Positions 1 through 9,148 of a stretch of 32,000 nucleotides of DNA are shown in pieces. A program made the position numbers and the translations under genes. This DNA comes from Natronospirillum sp. (lineage in GTDB: Bacteria; Pseudomonadota; Gammaproteobacteria; Pseudomonadales; Natronospirillaceae). Numbering within the stretch: position 1 is the stretch's first letter; the number at the start of each line of letters is the position of its first letter. The notes under the pieces were generated by a model. That model did no database searches, had not been told where the DNA came from, and saw only the letters and a list, made by a program, of their open reading frames with translations. The stretch covers positions 1,259,937-1,291,936 of the forward strand of contig OZ271919.1 in assembly GCA_965602035.1 (NCBI GenBank). Direction: 5' to 3'.

Positions 1-124
1 AACCGATCAGTACGATCAGCACAGACGGCAGGTTGTAGTACACAATCGGGTCGCCGCCCACGACCATGGCCAGCACGATCATGGCGAGGCCGCCGATAAT
101 GCCTACTATCGTTGCTAAATCCAC
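1..124 (-). CDS. Flagellar stator protein PomA/MotA, N-terminal fragment (gene runs off the left edge)
   Basis: Reverse-strand translation from GTG (124..122) gives VDLATIVGIIGGLAMIVLAMVVGGDPIVYYNLPSVLIVLIG. This closely resembles the N-terminus of Vibrio PomA as I recall it (MDLATLLGLIGGFAFVIMAMVLGG...). GGAG Shine-Dalgarno lies at 139..136. pomA next to xseB-ispA-dxs is a synteny known from Vibrio. The fragment is too short for the ORF track. Confidence 0.65.
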   Translation of the reverse strand, partial: MDLATIVGIIGGLAMIVLAMVVGGDPIVYYNLPSVLIVLIG

Positions 125-270
125 GAGTCTGAACGCTCCTTATCAGCGGCAACGTTTGCAATACCGGCACTGTCGCAGTTACATCGCAGTGCCCGGTACT
201 GGCCCATTCCAATTGACCCCGTGAGCGCATTTCAGTACCGTTTGCGCTCTTATCGACCGGGGTTTCAGCT

Positions 271-501
271 ATGTCCACCTCTACTAAGTCGAACAATTTC
301 GAGAAATCATTAGCCGAGCTGGAAAAAATCGTTCAGCAACTGGAGCAGGGCGACCTGTCTCTGGACGACGCCATGCAGGCTTTCGAACAGGGTGTGGCAC
401 TCACCCGGCACTGTCAGAACCAACTCGATTCGGCCGAACAGAAGGTTCGCACATTGCTGGAGGAAAACCAATCTCCGGCGTCCGATGAAGGCACTGCATG
501 A
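271..501 (+). CDS. xseB: Exodeoxyribonuclease VII small subunit
   Basis: 76-aa ORF with the typical XseB sequence ([43 protein letters not shown]). Its stop overlaps the ispA start (ATGA at 498..501), giving the conserved xseB-ispA-dxs order. Confidence 0.95.
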   Translation: MSTSTKSNNFEKSLAELEKIVQQLEQGDLSLDDAMQAFEQGVALTRHCQNQLDSAEQKVRTLLEENQSPASDEGTA

Positions 502-1400
502 ACCAGCTTCCGGCCGAATTACTGGCGGCTCGCACCGCCTTTTCCGACTACCTGACACGTTATACGGCGCAGCTCGACGATATCGAGCCGCGGTTGCGTG
601 AAGCCATCACCTATGCGCTCACCGGCGAAGGCAAGCGCATGCGGCCCATGCTGGTATACGCTGCCGCCGCCGCAACCGGATCCACCGACGGCCCCGGCGC
701 GCAGTGGTTGGCACCGGCACTCGCGGTTGAGCTGATTCACACCTATTCGCTCGTGCATGACGATCTGCCCGCCATGGACAACGATGACTGGCGACGCGGT
801 CGCGCCACGACGCACCGCGCCTTTGATGATGCCACTGCCATCCTCGCCGGAGACGCCCTGCAGGCCATGGCCTTTCAACTGCTCGCTGATCCGGAAAACG
901 GCCTGGCACCCGCCTCCCGACTGGCCTGTGTGCAGCGTCTGGCCGAAGCGGCCGGCCCGGTCGGCATGGTGGGCGGTCAGTCGTACGACCTGCAATCGAA
1001 TGGCACGATAGCAACCGAGCAGAGCCTGTCGGCACTCCACCGGCGAAAAACCGGCGCACTGATCCGGGCCTCTGTCATCATGGGGGCGTGGAGCATGAGC
1101 CCACAACCCGAACCGGCCGAGTTGACCGCACTCGATACTTTCGCCGACCATCTGGGGCTGGCGTTTCAGGTAGTCGATGACATTCTGGATGAAACCGGCG
1201 ATCTGGCCACTCTCGGCAAGGCCACAGGCAGTGATGCCCGCGCCGAAAAAACCACCTACCTGAGCCTGCTGGGCGAGACCGATGCCCGGTCCAGAGCAGA
1301 AGGCCTGGCGGCACAGGCCCGCGCCGCTCTGTCGCCGCTCCGGGGCGACCGGTCTGGCCTTGACGCGCTGTTGGAACTCACGCTGACGCGCTCAAACTGA
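498..1400 (+). CDS. ispA: Farnesyl diphosphate synthase ((2E,6E)-FPP synthase)
   Basis: 300 aa with both polyprenyl synthase Asp-rich motifs ([17 protein letters not shown] and FQVVDDILD). Lies between xseB and dxs. Confidence 0.95.
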   Translation: MNQLPAELLAARTAFSDYLTRYTAQLDDIEPRLREAITYALTGEGKRMRPMLVYAAAAATGSTDGPGAQWLAPALAVELIHTYSLVHDDLPAMDNDDWRRGRATTHRAFDDATAILAGDALQAMAFQLLADPENGLAPASRLACVQRLAEAAGPVGMVGGQSYDLQSNGTIATEQSLSALHRRKTGALIRASVIMGAWSMSPQPEPAELTALDTFADHLGLAFQVVDDILDETGDLATLGKATGSDARAEKTTYLSLLGETDARSRAEGLAAQARAALSPLRGDRSGLDALLELTLTRSN

Positions 1401-1419
1401 GGCGCATAGAAACCGACTT

Positions 1420-3312
1420 ATGAGCAAAGAATTCAACAAGATCCCGACACAGCGGCCGCGCACGCCGCTGCTCGACCGAATCGAGTCGCCGGCCGATCTG
1501 CGCCAGCTCGGCGCGACCGACCTGAACAGACTGGTTGATGAGCTGAGAGAATACCTGCTCTATTCCGTCGGCCAGAGCGGCGGCCATTTCGGCGCCGGCC
1601 TGGGGGTGGTGGAACTGACCATTGCCCTGCACTACTGCCTCCAGACCCCGGAAGACCGCCTGGTGTGGGACGTCGGCCACCAGGCCTACCCGCACAAAAT
1701 ACTCACCGGACGCCGGGAGCAACTGCTGACCATTCGGCAGGAAAACGGCCTCGCCGCATTCCCGAGCCGGGCCGAAAGCCGATTTGATACGTTCGGCGTC
1801 GGCCACTCCAGCACATCGCTCTCGGCTGCCCTTGGCATGGCCCTGGCCGCTCGCCAGCAGGGACGCAAGCGCCGGGTTGCCGCCGTTATCGGCGATGGCG
1901 CGCTGACCGCCGGCATGGCGTTTGAAGCGCTGAACCACGCCGGCCACGCCGATGCCAACCTGTTGGTGGTCCTGAACGACAACGACATGTCGATATCCGA
2001 GAATGTCGGCGGCCTGTCCCAGTATTTCTCCCGGTTGCTGGCGAGCCGGACCTACACCACCATGCGCGAGGGCAGCAAGAGAGTGCTGCGCCACCTGCCG
2101 GAGCCGGCCCAGATACTGGCGCGCCGGGCCGAAGAACACATGAAGGGCATGGTAACGCCGGGAACCCTGTTTGAAGAGCTCGGTTTCCACTATGTCGGCC
2201 CGCTCGATGGCCATGACCTGCCCCAACTGGTTCAGACCCTGGAAACCCTGGCCGAGCTGGACGGCCCGCAGTTTCTGCATCTGGTAACCCAGAAAGGCCG
2301 TGGTTATTCACCGGCGGAAGAGTCGCCGATCAAGTACCATGCGATCAACAAGATCGAACCGGCCTCTGCGCCGAAGGCCGCCGGGCCCAAGTATTCCAAT
2401 ATTTTTGGCCAGTGGCTCTGCGACATGGCCCGCACCGACGACCGCCTGCATGGCATCACACCGGCCATGCGCGAGGGCTCAGACCTGGTTGCTTTCTCCC
2501 GTGAATTCCCGGACCGCTACCACGATGTGGCCATTGCCGAGCAGCATGCCGTCACCCTGGCCGCAGGCATGGCGTGCGAACAGTCCAAGCCCGTGGTCGC
2601 GATCTACTCCACGTTCCTGCAACGCGGCTATGACCAGTTGATTCACGATGTCGCCATCCAGAACCTCGACGTACTGTTTGCCATTGACCGCGCGGGCCTC
2701 GTCGGTGAAGACGGGCCGACACACGCGGGAAGCTTCGACCTGACCTACCTCCGCTGCATCCCCAACCTGGTGGTCATGGCACCGCGTGATGAAGACCAGA
2801 TGCGTAAACTGCTCACCACAGGCTACCACTATCATGGTCCCGCTGCGGTGCGCTACCCACGCGGTACCGGGCCAGGTGTCACACCGGAACCCGAGCTGGA
2901 AGCGGTACCGATCGGCACCAGTGAAACATTGCGCGACGGCAAGTCCGGGCTGGCACTGCTGGCGTTCGGCAGCCTTACCAAACCCGCGCGTACGCTGGCC
3001 GAGGAATGGGACGCAACCCTGGTGGACATGCGCTTCATCAAGCCGCTGGACACAGCACGGCTTACCGAGCTGCTCGACAGCCACTCCCACTGGGTGACGC
3101 TGGAAGAAAACGTGGTCGCCGGCGGCGCCGGTTCCGCCATTAATGAATGGCTGATGGCGCAGTCAATTTCCCGCCAGTTACCGAGAGTGCTCAACATCGG
3201 CCTGCCGGACCGATTCATAGATCATGCGTCTGCGGGTCGCCAGCGTGAGCTGGCTGGTCTGGATACCGACAGCCTGCGCACGCGAATATTGGCCTGGCGC
3301 GGCGACGAGTAA
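1420..3312 (+). CDS. dxs: 1-deoxy-D-xylulose-5-phosphate synthase
   Basis: 630 aa with the canonical DXS N-terminus ([14 protein letters not shown]...[19 protein letters not shown]), the TPP-binding [18 protein letters not shown] motif and a transketolase-like C-terminus. Confidence 0.97.
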   Translation: MSKEFNKIPTQRPRTPLLDRIESPADLRQLGATDLNRLVDELREYLLYSVGQSGGHFGAGLGVVELTIALHYCLQTPEDRLVWDVGHQAYPHKILTGRREQLLTIRQENGLAAFPSRAESRFDTFGVGHSSTSLSAALGMALAARQQGRKRRVAAVIGDGALTAGMAFEALNHAGHADANLLVVLNDNDMSISENVGGLSQYFSRLLASRTYTTMREGSKRVLRHLPEPAQILARRAEEHMKGMVTPGTLFEELGFHYVGPLDGHDLPQLVQTLETLAELDGPQFLHLVTQKGRGYSPAEESPIKYHAINKIEPASAPKAAGPKYSNIFGQWLCDMARTDDRLHGITPAMREGSDLVAFSREFPDRYHDVAIAEQHAVTLAAGMACEQSKPVVAIYSTFLQRGYDQLIHDVAIQNLDVLFAIDRAGLVGEDGPTHAGSFDLTYLRCIPNLVVMAPRDEDQMRKLLTTGYHYHGPAAVRYPRGTGPGVTPEPELEAVPIGTSETLRDGKSGLALLAFGSLTKPARTLAEEWDATLVDMRFIKPLDTARLTELLDSHSHWVTLEENVVAGGAGSAINEWLMAQSISRQLPRVLNIGLPDRFIDHASAGRQRELAGLDTDSLRTRILAWRGDE

Positions 3313-3327
3313 GACGAGCTACCAGGC

Positions 3328-5541
3328 TTACCGATAGAGATAGATCGGCCGGTCAGTCACCTCCACCACACCATTGCGGGGTGATACCGGTTCACCGAGG
3401 AAGTCGAACACCCGCATTCCGGGGCGAACCTGCAATGGCCGTGGTTCGTCCGAATGCAGCAGGCACAGGTTGTCGAAATACCACCAGACCACGCCCTGAG
3501 CTTCCTCTCTGAGTCGGAACGTCTGACCCGCCAGCCGGCGGTGGAACTGGTACAGCGCCCGCCAGCCGGGGCGAGCCCGAAACCCCTGGGCAGGGTCCAC
3601 TAGGCCGGTTCCCGGATGCGCCAGTGTATCCCAGTACAGGCGATCGACCCGGCCTGAACACAGCGCCAGCAAAGCCAGCCGGACCAGCCAGGCTGCCACT
3701 GTCTCTTCCGGGAAATGGTCCTCACCATGTGTCGGGTCGCTGTTTTCAGGCAGATACCCATCAACAAGGGGTGAGGCCACCCCACTGCCCTCCAGGGCCC
3801 AGGCCACCGTCAGCACGACCTGACCACCGGTTTCATCGAGCAACAGCGAGGCGAGCGCGTCCAACTGTGCATTCAGACCCCGGGCGGCACTGCCTGATAC
3901 CCCGCGTTCAGGTTCACGGCGCAGCAGCCAGTGGAGCACTGGCCGACGGGTCAGATCCTCACGCAGAAGGTACGCCAGCCACCCGGGCGCAAACCCCGTC
4001 AGGCCGGGGCCCAGATATTTGGGCAGAGCGGGGTCCGCATCCGCAGCGCTCTGGGGTACCCACTGGCGCAGCTCCTCAAACGTCCACAGGCCGTTGCGCG
4101 AGTCATTGATGCCGGTGCCCACTTCCGTGGCCCGTACCCAATGCCGGGTCGCCTGGCGCATATAGCGAACGAAGCGGTGCCAGTGCAGGGGCTGGCGAAC
4201 CGCCTGGCGGTTCTGCACCAGCGTCATGGTGACCTCGTGGCCACGCTCTGCCAGCCGCTCCACAAGGCGCATGGCACTGTGCCAGTGCTGACGCCCCAGG
4301 CGAAAATGCACCAGCACCCGTACCGGCATACCGGGCACACTGGCCAGCGTCCGTAACTGCGCGTCAACCTGGTGGCTGGAGTCTATTGTCACACCGAACC
4401 GACGGGACATTCGCACCGGTGACTGCCACGCCCGTTCACGCAGGAACCGATATTGCTGCCAGGCGGAGCCGAAGTGCTGCCAGAGGGACTCCCAGCGGTT
4501 CCAGGTATCCTCCCATCGCCGGTAACGCCTCTGCTCTGCGGGGCGCAGTACCGTGGCCGCCCGCCGGGCGCGGTCATCCCAGAGCCAGACATTTTCCTCA
4601 CGAGGCTGCCCGGTGGATACTTCCAGATCCGGGCGCCCGGTATTCAGACGCGCGGCATCGCGCAGTGTCTGTATCGGATGGCGCCATTTACGCGACCGCT
4701 GGTGCCGTCTGAATCGGTTCTGTGCCTTGCGTACCTGCCGCTCGAAGCCAGCCGGGGGCGTTCTGTCGTGGCTGTAGATCATCAGAAACTGAGAAAGCAA
4801 CGTACCGGGAATCTTCATGCGCTGCAGGTCCCGAGCCCGGTCCTTCCAGCGCGGATTGGGCTTGAGGCGGCCCCGGTTGAGGTCAATAAACATGGGGTTG
4901 GCCCACTGGCTGACACTCTCACGAGTCAGCAACAGGTTCTGGGGCCCCAGATCCCCATGGAGAAACCCGCTGTCGTGCATGCCGCGAATGGCATTCGCCG
5001 CGACGCGCATGAGCGCCTGGTAATGCTGCAGTTCCGGGTGTTCGCGCAGCACCCAGCCCATTTCGGTGTAAAGATCCGAGGCGGAAGGCAGGTAACGGCT
5101 GATCAGATAGCTCTCTACCAGCCACGGCCCTCGCCATCGCTCTGCCACCGCTACCGGTTCGGCAACGGCCGCATCGCGGCTGAACAGGTGCACGGCAAAG
5201 CGGTGCGCGCGCATGGCTTTACTACCGGAGCGGCGGTAGGCCAGCGACCTGAGCAGCCCCGGGCGCTTGAACGCCTTTACGCAAAAGCCGGCTTGGCTCA
5301 GGCCGGTCGGATCCGGTACCCGGTAGACCCGGTTACGTTTGCGGTAGAGCAGGTGGCTGTCAGCATCAGCGAGCGCGTCGGGCAACGCGTTCAGCCACTC
5401 TGCCATAGCCAGCGTGGCCCATGCCTTTTCAACCTGGCCCGTATAGCGGGTCACACCGATCGAAGTCAGGTCTGCCGCCGTCGGATCGGAAGATTGGTGG
5501 GCACGCTGTTTCATGCGCGGAGTGTAGCCTAATTCGTCCAT
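3328..5541 (-). CDS. Lipopolysaccharide (Kdo/WaaP/InaA-family) kinase-like domain fused to a large unassigned C-terminal region
   Basis: 737-aa ORF. Residues ~60-260 carry a kinase core of the Kdo/WaaP family (VKAFKRPG..., catalytic loop HGDLGPQNLLL, FIDLNRG). An Arg/Trp-rich linker follows, then ~400 aa with no motif I can name. The start codon is uncertain (ATG at 5541 or 5514; neither has a clear SD). Confidence 0.6.
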   Translation of the reverse strand: MDELGYTPRMKQRAHQSSDPTAADLTSIGVTRYTGQVEKAWATLAMAEWLNALPDALADADSHLLYRKRNRVYRVPDPTGLSQAGFCVKAFKRPGLLRSLAYRRSGSKAMRAHRFAVHLFSRDAAVAEPVAVAERWRGPWLVESYLISRYLPSASDLYTEMGWVLREHPELQHYQALMRVAANAIRGMHDSGFLHGDLGPQNLLLTRESVSQWANPMFIDLNRGRLKPNPRWKDRARDLQRMKIPGTLLSQFLMIYSHDRTPPAGFERQVRKAQNRFRRHQRSRKWRHPIQTLRDAARLNTGRPDLEVSTGQPREENVWLWDDRARRAATVLRPAEQRRYRRWEDTWNRWESLWQHFGSAWQQYRFLRERAWQSPVRMSRRFGVTIDSSHQVDAQLRTLASVPGMPVRVLVHFRLGRQHWHSAMRLVERLAERGHEVTMTLVQNRQAVRQPLHWHRFVRYMRQATRHWVRATEVGTGINDSRNGLWTFEELRQWVPQSAADADPALPKYLGPGLTGFAPGWLAYLLREDLTRRPVLHWLLRREPERGVSGSAARGLNAQLDALASLLLDETGGQVVLTVAWALEGSGVASPLVDGYLPENSDPTHGEDHFPEETVAAWLVRLALLALCSGRVDRLYWDTLAHPGTGLVDPAQGFRARPGWRALYQFHRRLAGQTFRLREEAQGVVWWYFDNLCLLHSDEPRPLQVRPGMRVFDFLGEPVSPRNGVVEVTDRPIYLYR

Positions 5542-5594
5542 GCGCTGAACTGTTGAGCTGCGTTCAGTCGGGCTGCGGTCAGTCGGGGCCGAGC

Positions 5595-6182
5595 TCAGCG
5601 CTGAAAGAGCCTAACGGCCTCCAGAGCGCGTTCGCCCTGCTCCCATTCACAGAATTCCGACCAGGCACAGAAATACACCGTACCGAGCGTGTCGGGACTG
5701 CCGCGCAGCGCCCAGTGGTCGGTCCGCTTCGGCCGCCGGTAACGGCCCGCGATCCAGTGCAGGTGCGTGCCCTCGAGACGAACCAGCGCCCAGCGATAGT
5801 CATTCAACTGATACTCGGTGCAGGCCGTCACAGCCGGCTCTTCGCCCAGTTCCCGCATGATGCGCTGCCACACCGGCCCATGCGCCGTACCCGGGCCGGC
5901 AAGGCCGTGGGCAATTTCATGCAGCACCGTACTGCGCGCCTGAGCCGCTGTGCCGGCCTTTGCATGCAGGCGGGACAGCTCGATCCGACGCTCCCGATAC
6001 CGGCAAAGCCCCAGCGTCCGCCGCTGACGGTTGAACGCGAATGTCCACCCGGGCAGGTAATGCGCAACCAACGTCCGAGCCTCTCTGGCAATGGTTTCCA
6101 GGTGTGGTGGTTCTGTTTCGGAGCCACTGGTCCACTGGCGCTCTCGCCATCGGCGGATGGCATCTTCAACCACCGTGCTCAC
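5595..6182 (-). CDS. SprT-like zinc metalloprotease domain protein
   Basis: 195 aa with HExxH (VLHEIAHGL), followed by GPVWQRIMRELG as in SprT-like domains. The GTG start (6182..6180) overlaps the msrA stop by 4 nt (GTGA). Confidence 0.7.
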   Translation of the reverse strand: MSTVVEDAIRRWRERQWTSGSETEPPHLETIAREARTLVAHYLPGWTFAFNRQRRTLGLCRYRERRIELSRLHAKAGTAAQARSTVLHEIAHGLAGPGTAHGPVWQRIMRELGEEPAVTACTEYQLNDYRWALVRLEGTHLHWIAGRYRRPKRTDHWALRGSPDTLGTVYFCAWSEFCEWEQGERALEAVRLFQR

Positions 6183-6706
6183 CGCTCATAACCGGCCTGC
6201 CTGACTTTGCGCAACTTGGGCGCGATATTGATTTCGCAGTACATGTTGCCCGGATTTTTACGATAGAAATCCTGGTGGTATTCCTCGGCCGCATGAAAGG
6301 CTTCCAGCGGTTTGATCTCGGTAACCACCGGGTTTTCAAACACCCGGTCGTTCTCCAGCTCCCGGATTCGGGCTTCGGCCTGTGCCCGCTGGTGATCATT
6401 GTTGTAGAGAATGATGGAACGGTACTGCGTCCCGACGTCGTGGCCCTGGCGGTTCAGGGTGGTCGGGTCATGCAACATGAAGAAAAGATCAAGCAGTTCC
6501 GAGTAGGTGATCTCTGAGCTATCAAACTCGACTTCAATCACCTCCGCATGCCCCGTGCGGCCTGTACACACCTTGTCATAATCGGGCTTCGGGTCATGTC
6601 CACCGGCATAGCCGCTGGTGACTCGCTGCACGCCCCGCAATTGCTGGAATGGCGCCTCAAGGCACCAGAAACATCCGCCGCCGAGTACTGCTGTTTCAAT
6701 TGCCAT
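6179..6706 (-). CDS. msrA: Peptide-methionine (S)-S-oxide reductase
   Basis: 175 aa with the MsrA active-site motif GGGCFWCLEAPF and conserved GHAEVIEVEFD and DPTTLNRQGHDVGTQYRS segments. Confidence 0.95.
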   Translation of the reverse strand: MAIETAVLGGGCFWCLEAPFQQLRGVQRVTSGYAGGHDPKPDYDKVCTGRTGHAEVIEVEFDSSEITYSELLDLFFMLHDPTTLNRQGHDVGTQYRSIILYNNDHQRAQAEARIRELENDRVFENPVVTEIKPLEAFHAAEEYHQDFYRKNPGNMYCEINIAPKLRKVRQAGYER

Positions 6707-6857
6707 ACCGTTCTCCCGGGGCCATTATCTGCGGCTCTCGAAACCACAGCCGCCCCCTGTCGGTGCATCAAACTGCCTGAACCTATCGGTTGCCGCTGAA
6801 GAGGCGGCACACTATAGTTGCGGTCAGGCCCGTCAATTTTGATCGAGTATAACAAGT

Positions 6858-7229
6858 ATGGAAGACACGCGCCGTTTTACCCGTCTCCCGGTTGATCTGC
6901 CCGCCTGTCTGTCACTGGGAGACACGCACTTCGACGGCGAGGTGCTCGACCTCAGCCTCAAAGGCGCTCTGCTCATGGGAGATGAAGGCGGTATGCCCGA
7001 TTCGCTTATCGGGCACCGCGGGCAGCTCAGCCTTGAGCTCAATGACGGCGAGCTGGTGCTTACCATGGCCGTCCGGGTTGTCCATATCGAGGGTCGATTC
7101 ACCGGGCTTGAATTCCTGGAAATGGGCATTGATACCGTGTCACACTTGCGCCGCCTGGTGGAACTCAACCTGGGCTCCGAGGATGTATTGCAGCGTGAAC
7201 TCGCGCTGCTCTGGGACAACAGGAATTAG
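6858..7229 (+). CDS. PilZ domain c-di-GMP-binding protein (MapZ/PA4608-like)
   Basis: 123 aa with both PilZ motifs, RxxxR (RRFTR) and DxSxxG (DLSLKG). The C-terminal [25 protein letters not shown] closely matches my recollection of the P. aeruginosa PA4608 (MapZ) C-terminus. Confidence 0.85.
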   Translation: MEDTRRFTRLPVDLPACLSLGDTHFDGEVLDLSLKGALLMGDEGGMPDSLIGHRGQLSLELNDGELVLTMAVRVVHIEGRFTGLEFLEMGIDTVSHLRRLVELNLGSEDVLQRELALLWDNRN

Positions 7230-7240
7230 CCAACGCCCCC

Positions 7241-8311
7241 GTGACTGATCGTCCGACTCTCAACGCCGAACACATAGACTGGTTTCAGCAACAGGTGCTC
7301 TCCTGGTACGACGACCATGGCCGCACCACTCTGCCCTGGCAGCAAAACCCCACACCCTACCGGGTCTGGGTATCGGAAATCATGCTGCAGCAGACGCAGG
7401 TGACGACTGTCATACCCTATTTCGAGCGCTTTATGGCGTCCTTTCCGACGGTTCAGGCTCTGGCCGGGGCGGATCAGGACAGCGTACTCGACCATTGGTC
7501 CGGTCTGGGGTACTACGCACGGGCACGGAATCTTCACCGCTGCGCCCAGGTTATTGTTGATGAACATGATGGGCAGTTTCCGGCCTCACAGACGGCGCTG
7601 GAAAACCTCCCCGGCATCGGCCGCTCCACGGCGGGCGCCATTCTGAGCCTCGCGATGGAGCAACCCACCGCAATACTGGATGGCAACGTAAAACGGGTCC
7701 TCGCGCGTTACGCCGCTGTCCCCGGCTGGCCCGGTCGAACAGCCGTTGCCCGCGAACTCTGGGAACTGGCTGAACAGCTGACACCGCAATACAGGAATCG
7801 GGCCTACACCCAGGCCATGATGGATCTGGGCGCCATGGTATGCCTGCGGGCAATGCCGCAGTGCAGCCAGTGCCCGCTGGCTGATGGTTGCCTCGGTCTT
7901 GCCTCCGGCGATCCGAGGCAGTTCCCCGGGAGCAAACCGAAAACCGCGAAGCCGGAACGCCGGACATGGCTGCTGATGCTCCACCACAGCAATGGTCGGG
8001 TTCTCCTTCAGCAGCGCCCGGCTGAAGGCCTGTGGGGTGGCCTGTATGGGTTTCCGGAGTTCCATTCACCCGCAGACTTGCAGAGCTGGCTGGCTAGCCG
8101 TAGTCTGGCGCACACGCGGCAGGAGGCATGGCAGACGTTTCGCCACACCTTCAGCCATTTCCATCTGGATATCCACCCGGTGCATGTTCGCACCGATGCA
8201 CCGTCCGGTGTGGCCGAATCCGCCGCCTGGGTTGACCCGCAGGAACCCGGAGTCGGGGTGGCCGCACCTACCCGCAGACTGATGAATCAATTGATCGAGC
8301 TCGCCGGCTGA
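7241..8311 (+). CDS. mutY: A/G-specific adenine DNA glycosylase
   Basis: 356 aa, GTG start. Contains HhH-GPD elements ([24 protein letters not shown]), the 4Fe-4S loop C-x6-C-x2-C-x5-C ([17 protein letters not shown]) and a NUDIX-like C-terminus. Followed by yggX as in many gammaproteobacteria. Confidence 0.93.
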   Translation: MTDRPTLNAEHIDWFQQQVLSWYDDHGRTTLPWQQNPTPYRVWVSEIMLQQTQVTTVIPYFERFMASFPTVQALAGADQDSVLDHWSGLGYYARARNLHRCAQVIVDEHDGQFPASQTALENLPGIGRSTAGAILSLAMEQPTAILDGNVKRVLARYAAVPGWPGRTAVARELWELAEQLTPQYRNRAYTQAMMDLGAMVCLRAMPQCSQCPLADGCLGLASGDPRQFPGSKPKTAKPERRTWLLMLHHSNGRVLLQQRPAEGLWGGLYGFPEFHSPADLQSWLASRSLAHTRQEAWQTFRHTFSHFHLDIHPVHVRTDAPSGVAESAAWVDPQEPGVGVAAPTRRLMNQLIELAG

Positions 8312-8349
8312 AGCAGGCGGCGGCCCGCAAAGCAGGAGTCGAAATCACC

Positions 8350-8625
8350 ATGACGCGAATCGTATTCTGCCGAAAGTACCAGAAAGAACTCCCCGGTCTG
8401 GAGAAGCCCCCCTTCCCCGGCCCGAAAGGCGAAGACATTTACGAGCATGTGTCTCGACAAGCCTGGGATGAGTGGCAGGCCCATCAGACGCGCCTGATTA
8501 ACGAGAAGCACCTGAACATGACGGATTTCCAGAACCGGAAATACCTGATGGCCCAGATGGAGAAGTTTCTGTCCGGTGACGACTTCGACCAGGCCGAGGG
8601 CTACGTACCGGAGGACAAACAGTAA
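8350..8625 (+). CDS. yggX: Fe(2+)-trafficking protein YggX
   Basis: 91 aa, [35 protein letters not shown]...[16 protein letters not shown], typical of YggX. Conserved mutY-yggX pair. Confidence 0.92.
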   Translation: MTRIVFCRKYQKELPGLEKPPFPGPKGEDIYEHVSRQAWDEWQAHQTRLINEKHLNMTDFQNRKYLMAQMEKFLSGDDFDQAEGYVPEDKQ

Positions 8626-8670
8626 ATCGCTCCGAACTAATGAAAAATCAGTAAGTTAGCCAAAAAGAGG

Positions 8671-8699
8671 TTGACGCGGGGGCCGATATCCCGTTTAAT
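8671..8699 (+). promoter_or_regulatory. Sigma70-type promoter for tRNA-Phe
   Basis: TTGACG (8671..8676), 17-nt spacer, TTTAAT (8694..8699), about 20 nt upstream of the mature tRNA 5' end. Confidence 0.5.
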
Positions 8700-8720
8700 A
8701 CGCCGCGTCGCTGACGCGAT

Positions 8721-8796
8721 GCCCAGATAGCTCAGTTGGTAGAGCAACGGATTGAAAATCCGTGTGTCGGTGGTTCGATTCCGCCTCTGGGCACCA
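8721..8796 (+). tRNA. tRNA-Phe (anticodon GAA)
   Basis: 76 nt, GCCCAGATAGCTCAGTTGGTAGAGC...GGATTGAAAATCC...GGTTCGATTCC...GGGCACCA. Near-identical in layout to E. coli tRNA-Phe, with a GAA anticodon loop and encoded CCA. Confidence 0.95.
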
Positions 8797-8815
8797 CCTC
8801 ATTAAATTGCATTGG

Positions 8816-8841
8816 AGCCCGGTCAATCGCCGGGCTTTTTT
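8816..8841 (+). terminator. Rho-independent terminator after tRNA-Phe
   Basis: 7-bp stem AGCCCGG/CCGGGCT (8816..8822 with 8830..8836), 7-nt loop, then a T-run through 8841. Confidence 0.75.
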
Positions 8842-9148
8842 GTATCCGGAGATTGGAATCGAACCCCTCTTCACCTTGTGGTTCGATGGATGAACGCCCT
8901 TGGCATGGTGCTTTGGGCTGTGAGCTTGCTCACGCATCGTTGGGTAACTGGGGACCAGATTAGTAAATGCCGCCCGCCGACAGTCCGCCGGGGACCGGGC
9001 GTAAATCCATCCCTGGAGCCCTGCGACGAAAACGTCCTGTTTTCGACGACTCCCCGGCCGGATCTGTCGACCACCGGCAAGGCTATCCGCCAGTTGATCG
9101 CACCATGCGCGTCTGAAGACACAGCCCACAGGACCGGACAACAGAAAG

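Noticed and set aside
139-150. Possible sigma28 (FliA) -10 element GCCGCTGATAAG (minus strand) upstream of the pomA-like start.
   Set aside because: It has an insertion relative to GCCGATAA, there is no TAAAG -35 at the proper distance, and it sits only about 14 nt from the start codon.
168-191. Ter-like cores: GATGTAACT (minus strand, 177..185, inside CACTGTCGCAGTTACATCGCAGTG, which also contains a TCGCAGT direct repeat). Also TATTGTAAAC at 18897..18906 upstream of dusA, CTTGTAACTG at about 30686..30695 and GTTGTAAT at about 12475..12482.
   Set aside because: None has the invariant GTTGTAAC core or the flanking G6/AT-rich context of E. coli Ter sites, and most lie inside CDSs. They are mentioned only as leads under the Tus finding.
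5232-5243. ops-like sequences for RfaH: GGCGGTAGGCCA (5232..5243, plus strand) and GGCGGTAACCGCTG on the minus strand at about 12817..12830 in the cysI leader.
   Set aside because: The first is on the antisense strand of a CDS and lacks the terminal TG. The second has A instead of G at the critical position 8 and the wrong 3' end, and cysI is not a plausible RfaH target.
4453-5532. Long ORFs antisense to or overlapping the called genes. Examples: 4453..5532(+), 1378..2280(-), 11637..12800(+), 13992..14882(-), 15222..16349(+), 17838..18797(+), 19977..20747(+), 22415..23620(-), 24173..25018(-), 25061..26149(-), 26546..27241(+), 28204..29142(+), 29502..30230(+).
   Set aside because: These are typical shadow ORFs of GC-rich DNA. 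Their translations are Arg/Pro/Gly/Ala-rich and low-complexity, with no family resemblance. Each lies opposite a gene with strong homology signatures.
8843-9148. Idea that the GGA-rich spacer after tRNA-Phe is an RsmY/RsmZ-type sRNA.
   Set aside because: There is no GacA box (TGTAAG-N6-CTTACA), the GGA motifs are not obviously in hairpin loops, there is no dedicated terminator, and TCC is equally frequent. This is kept only as a generic 'possible sRNA/UTR' note in the finding.
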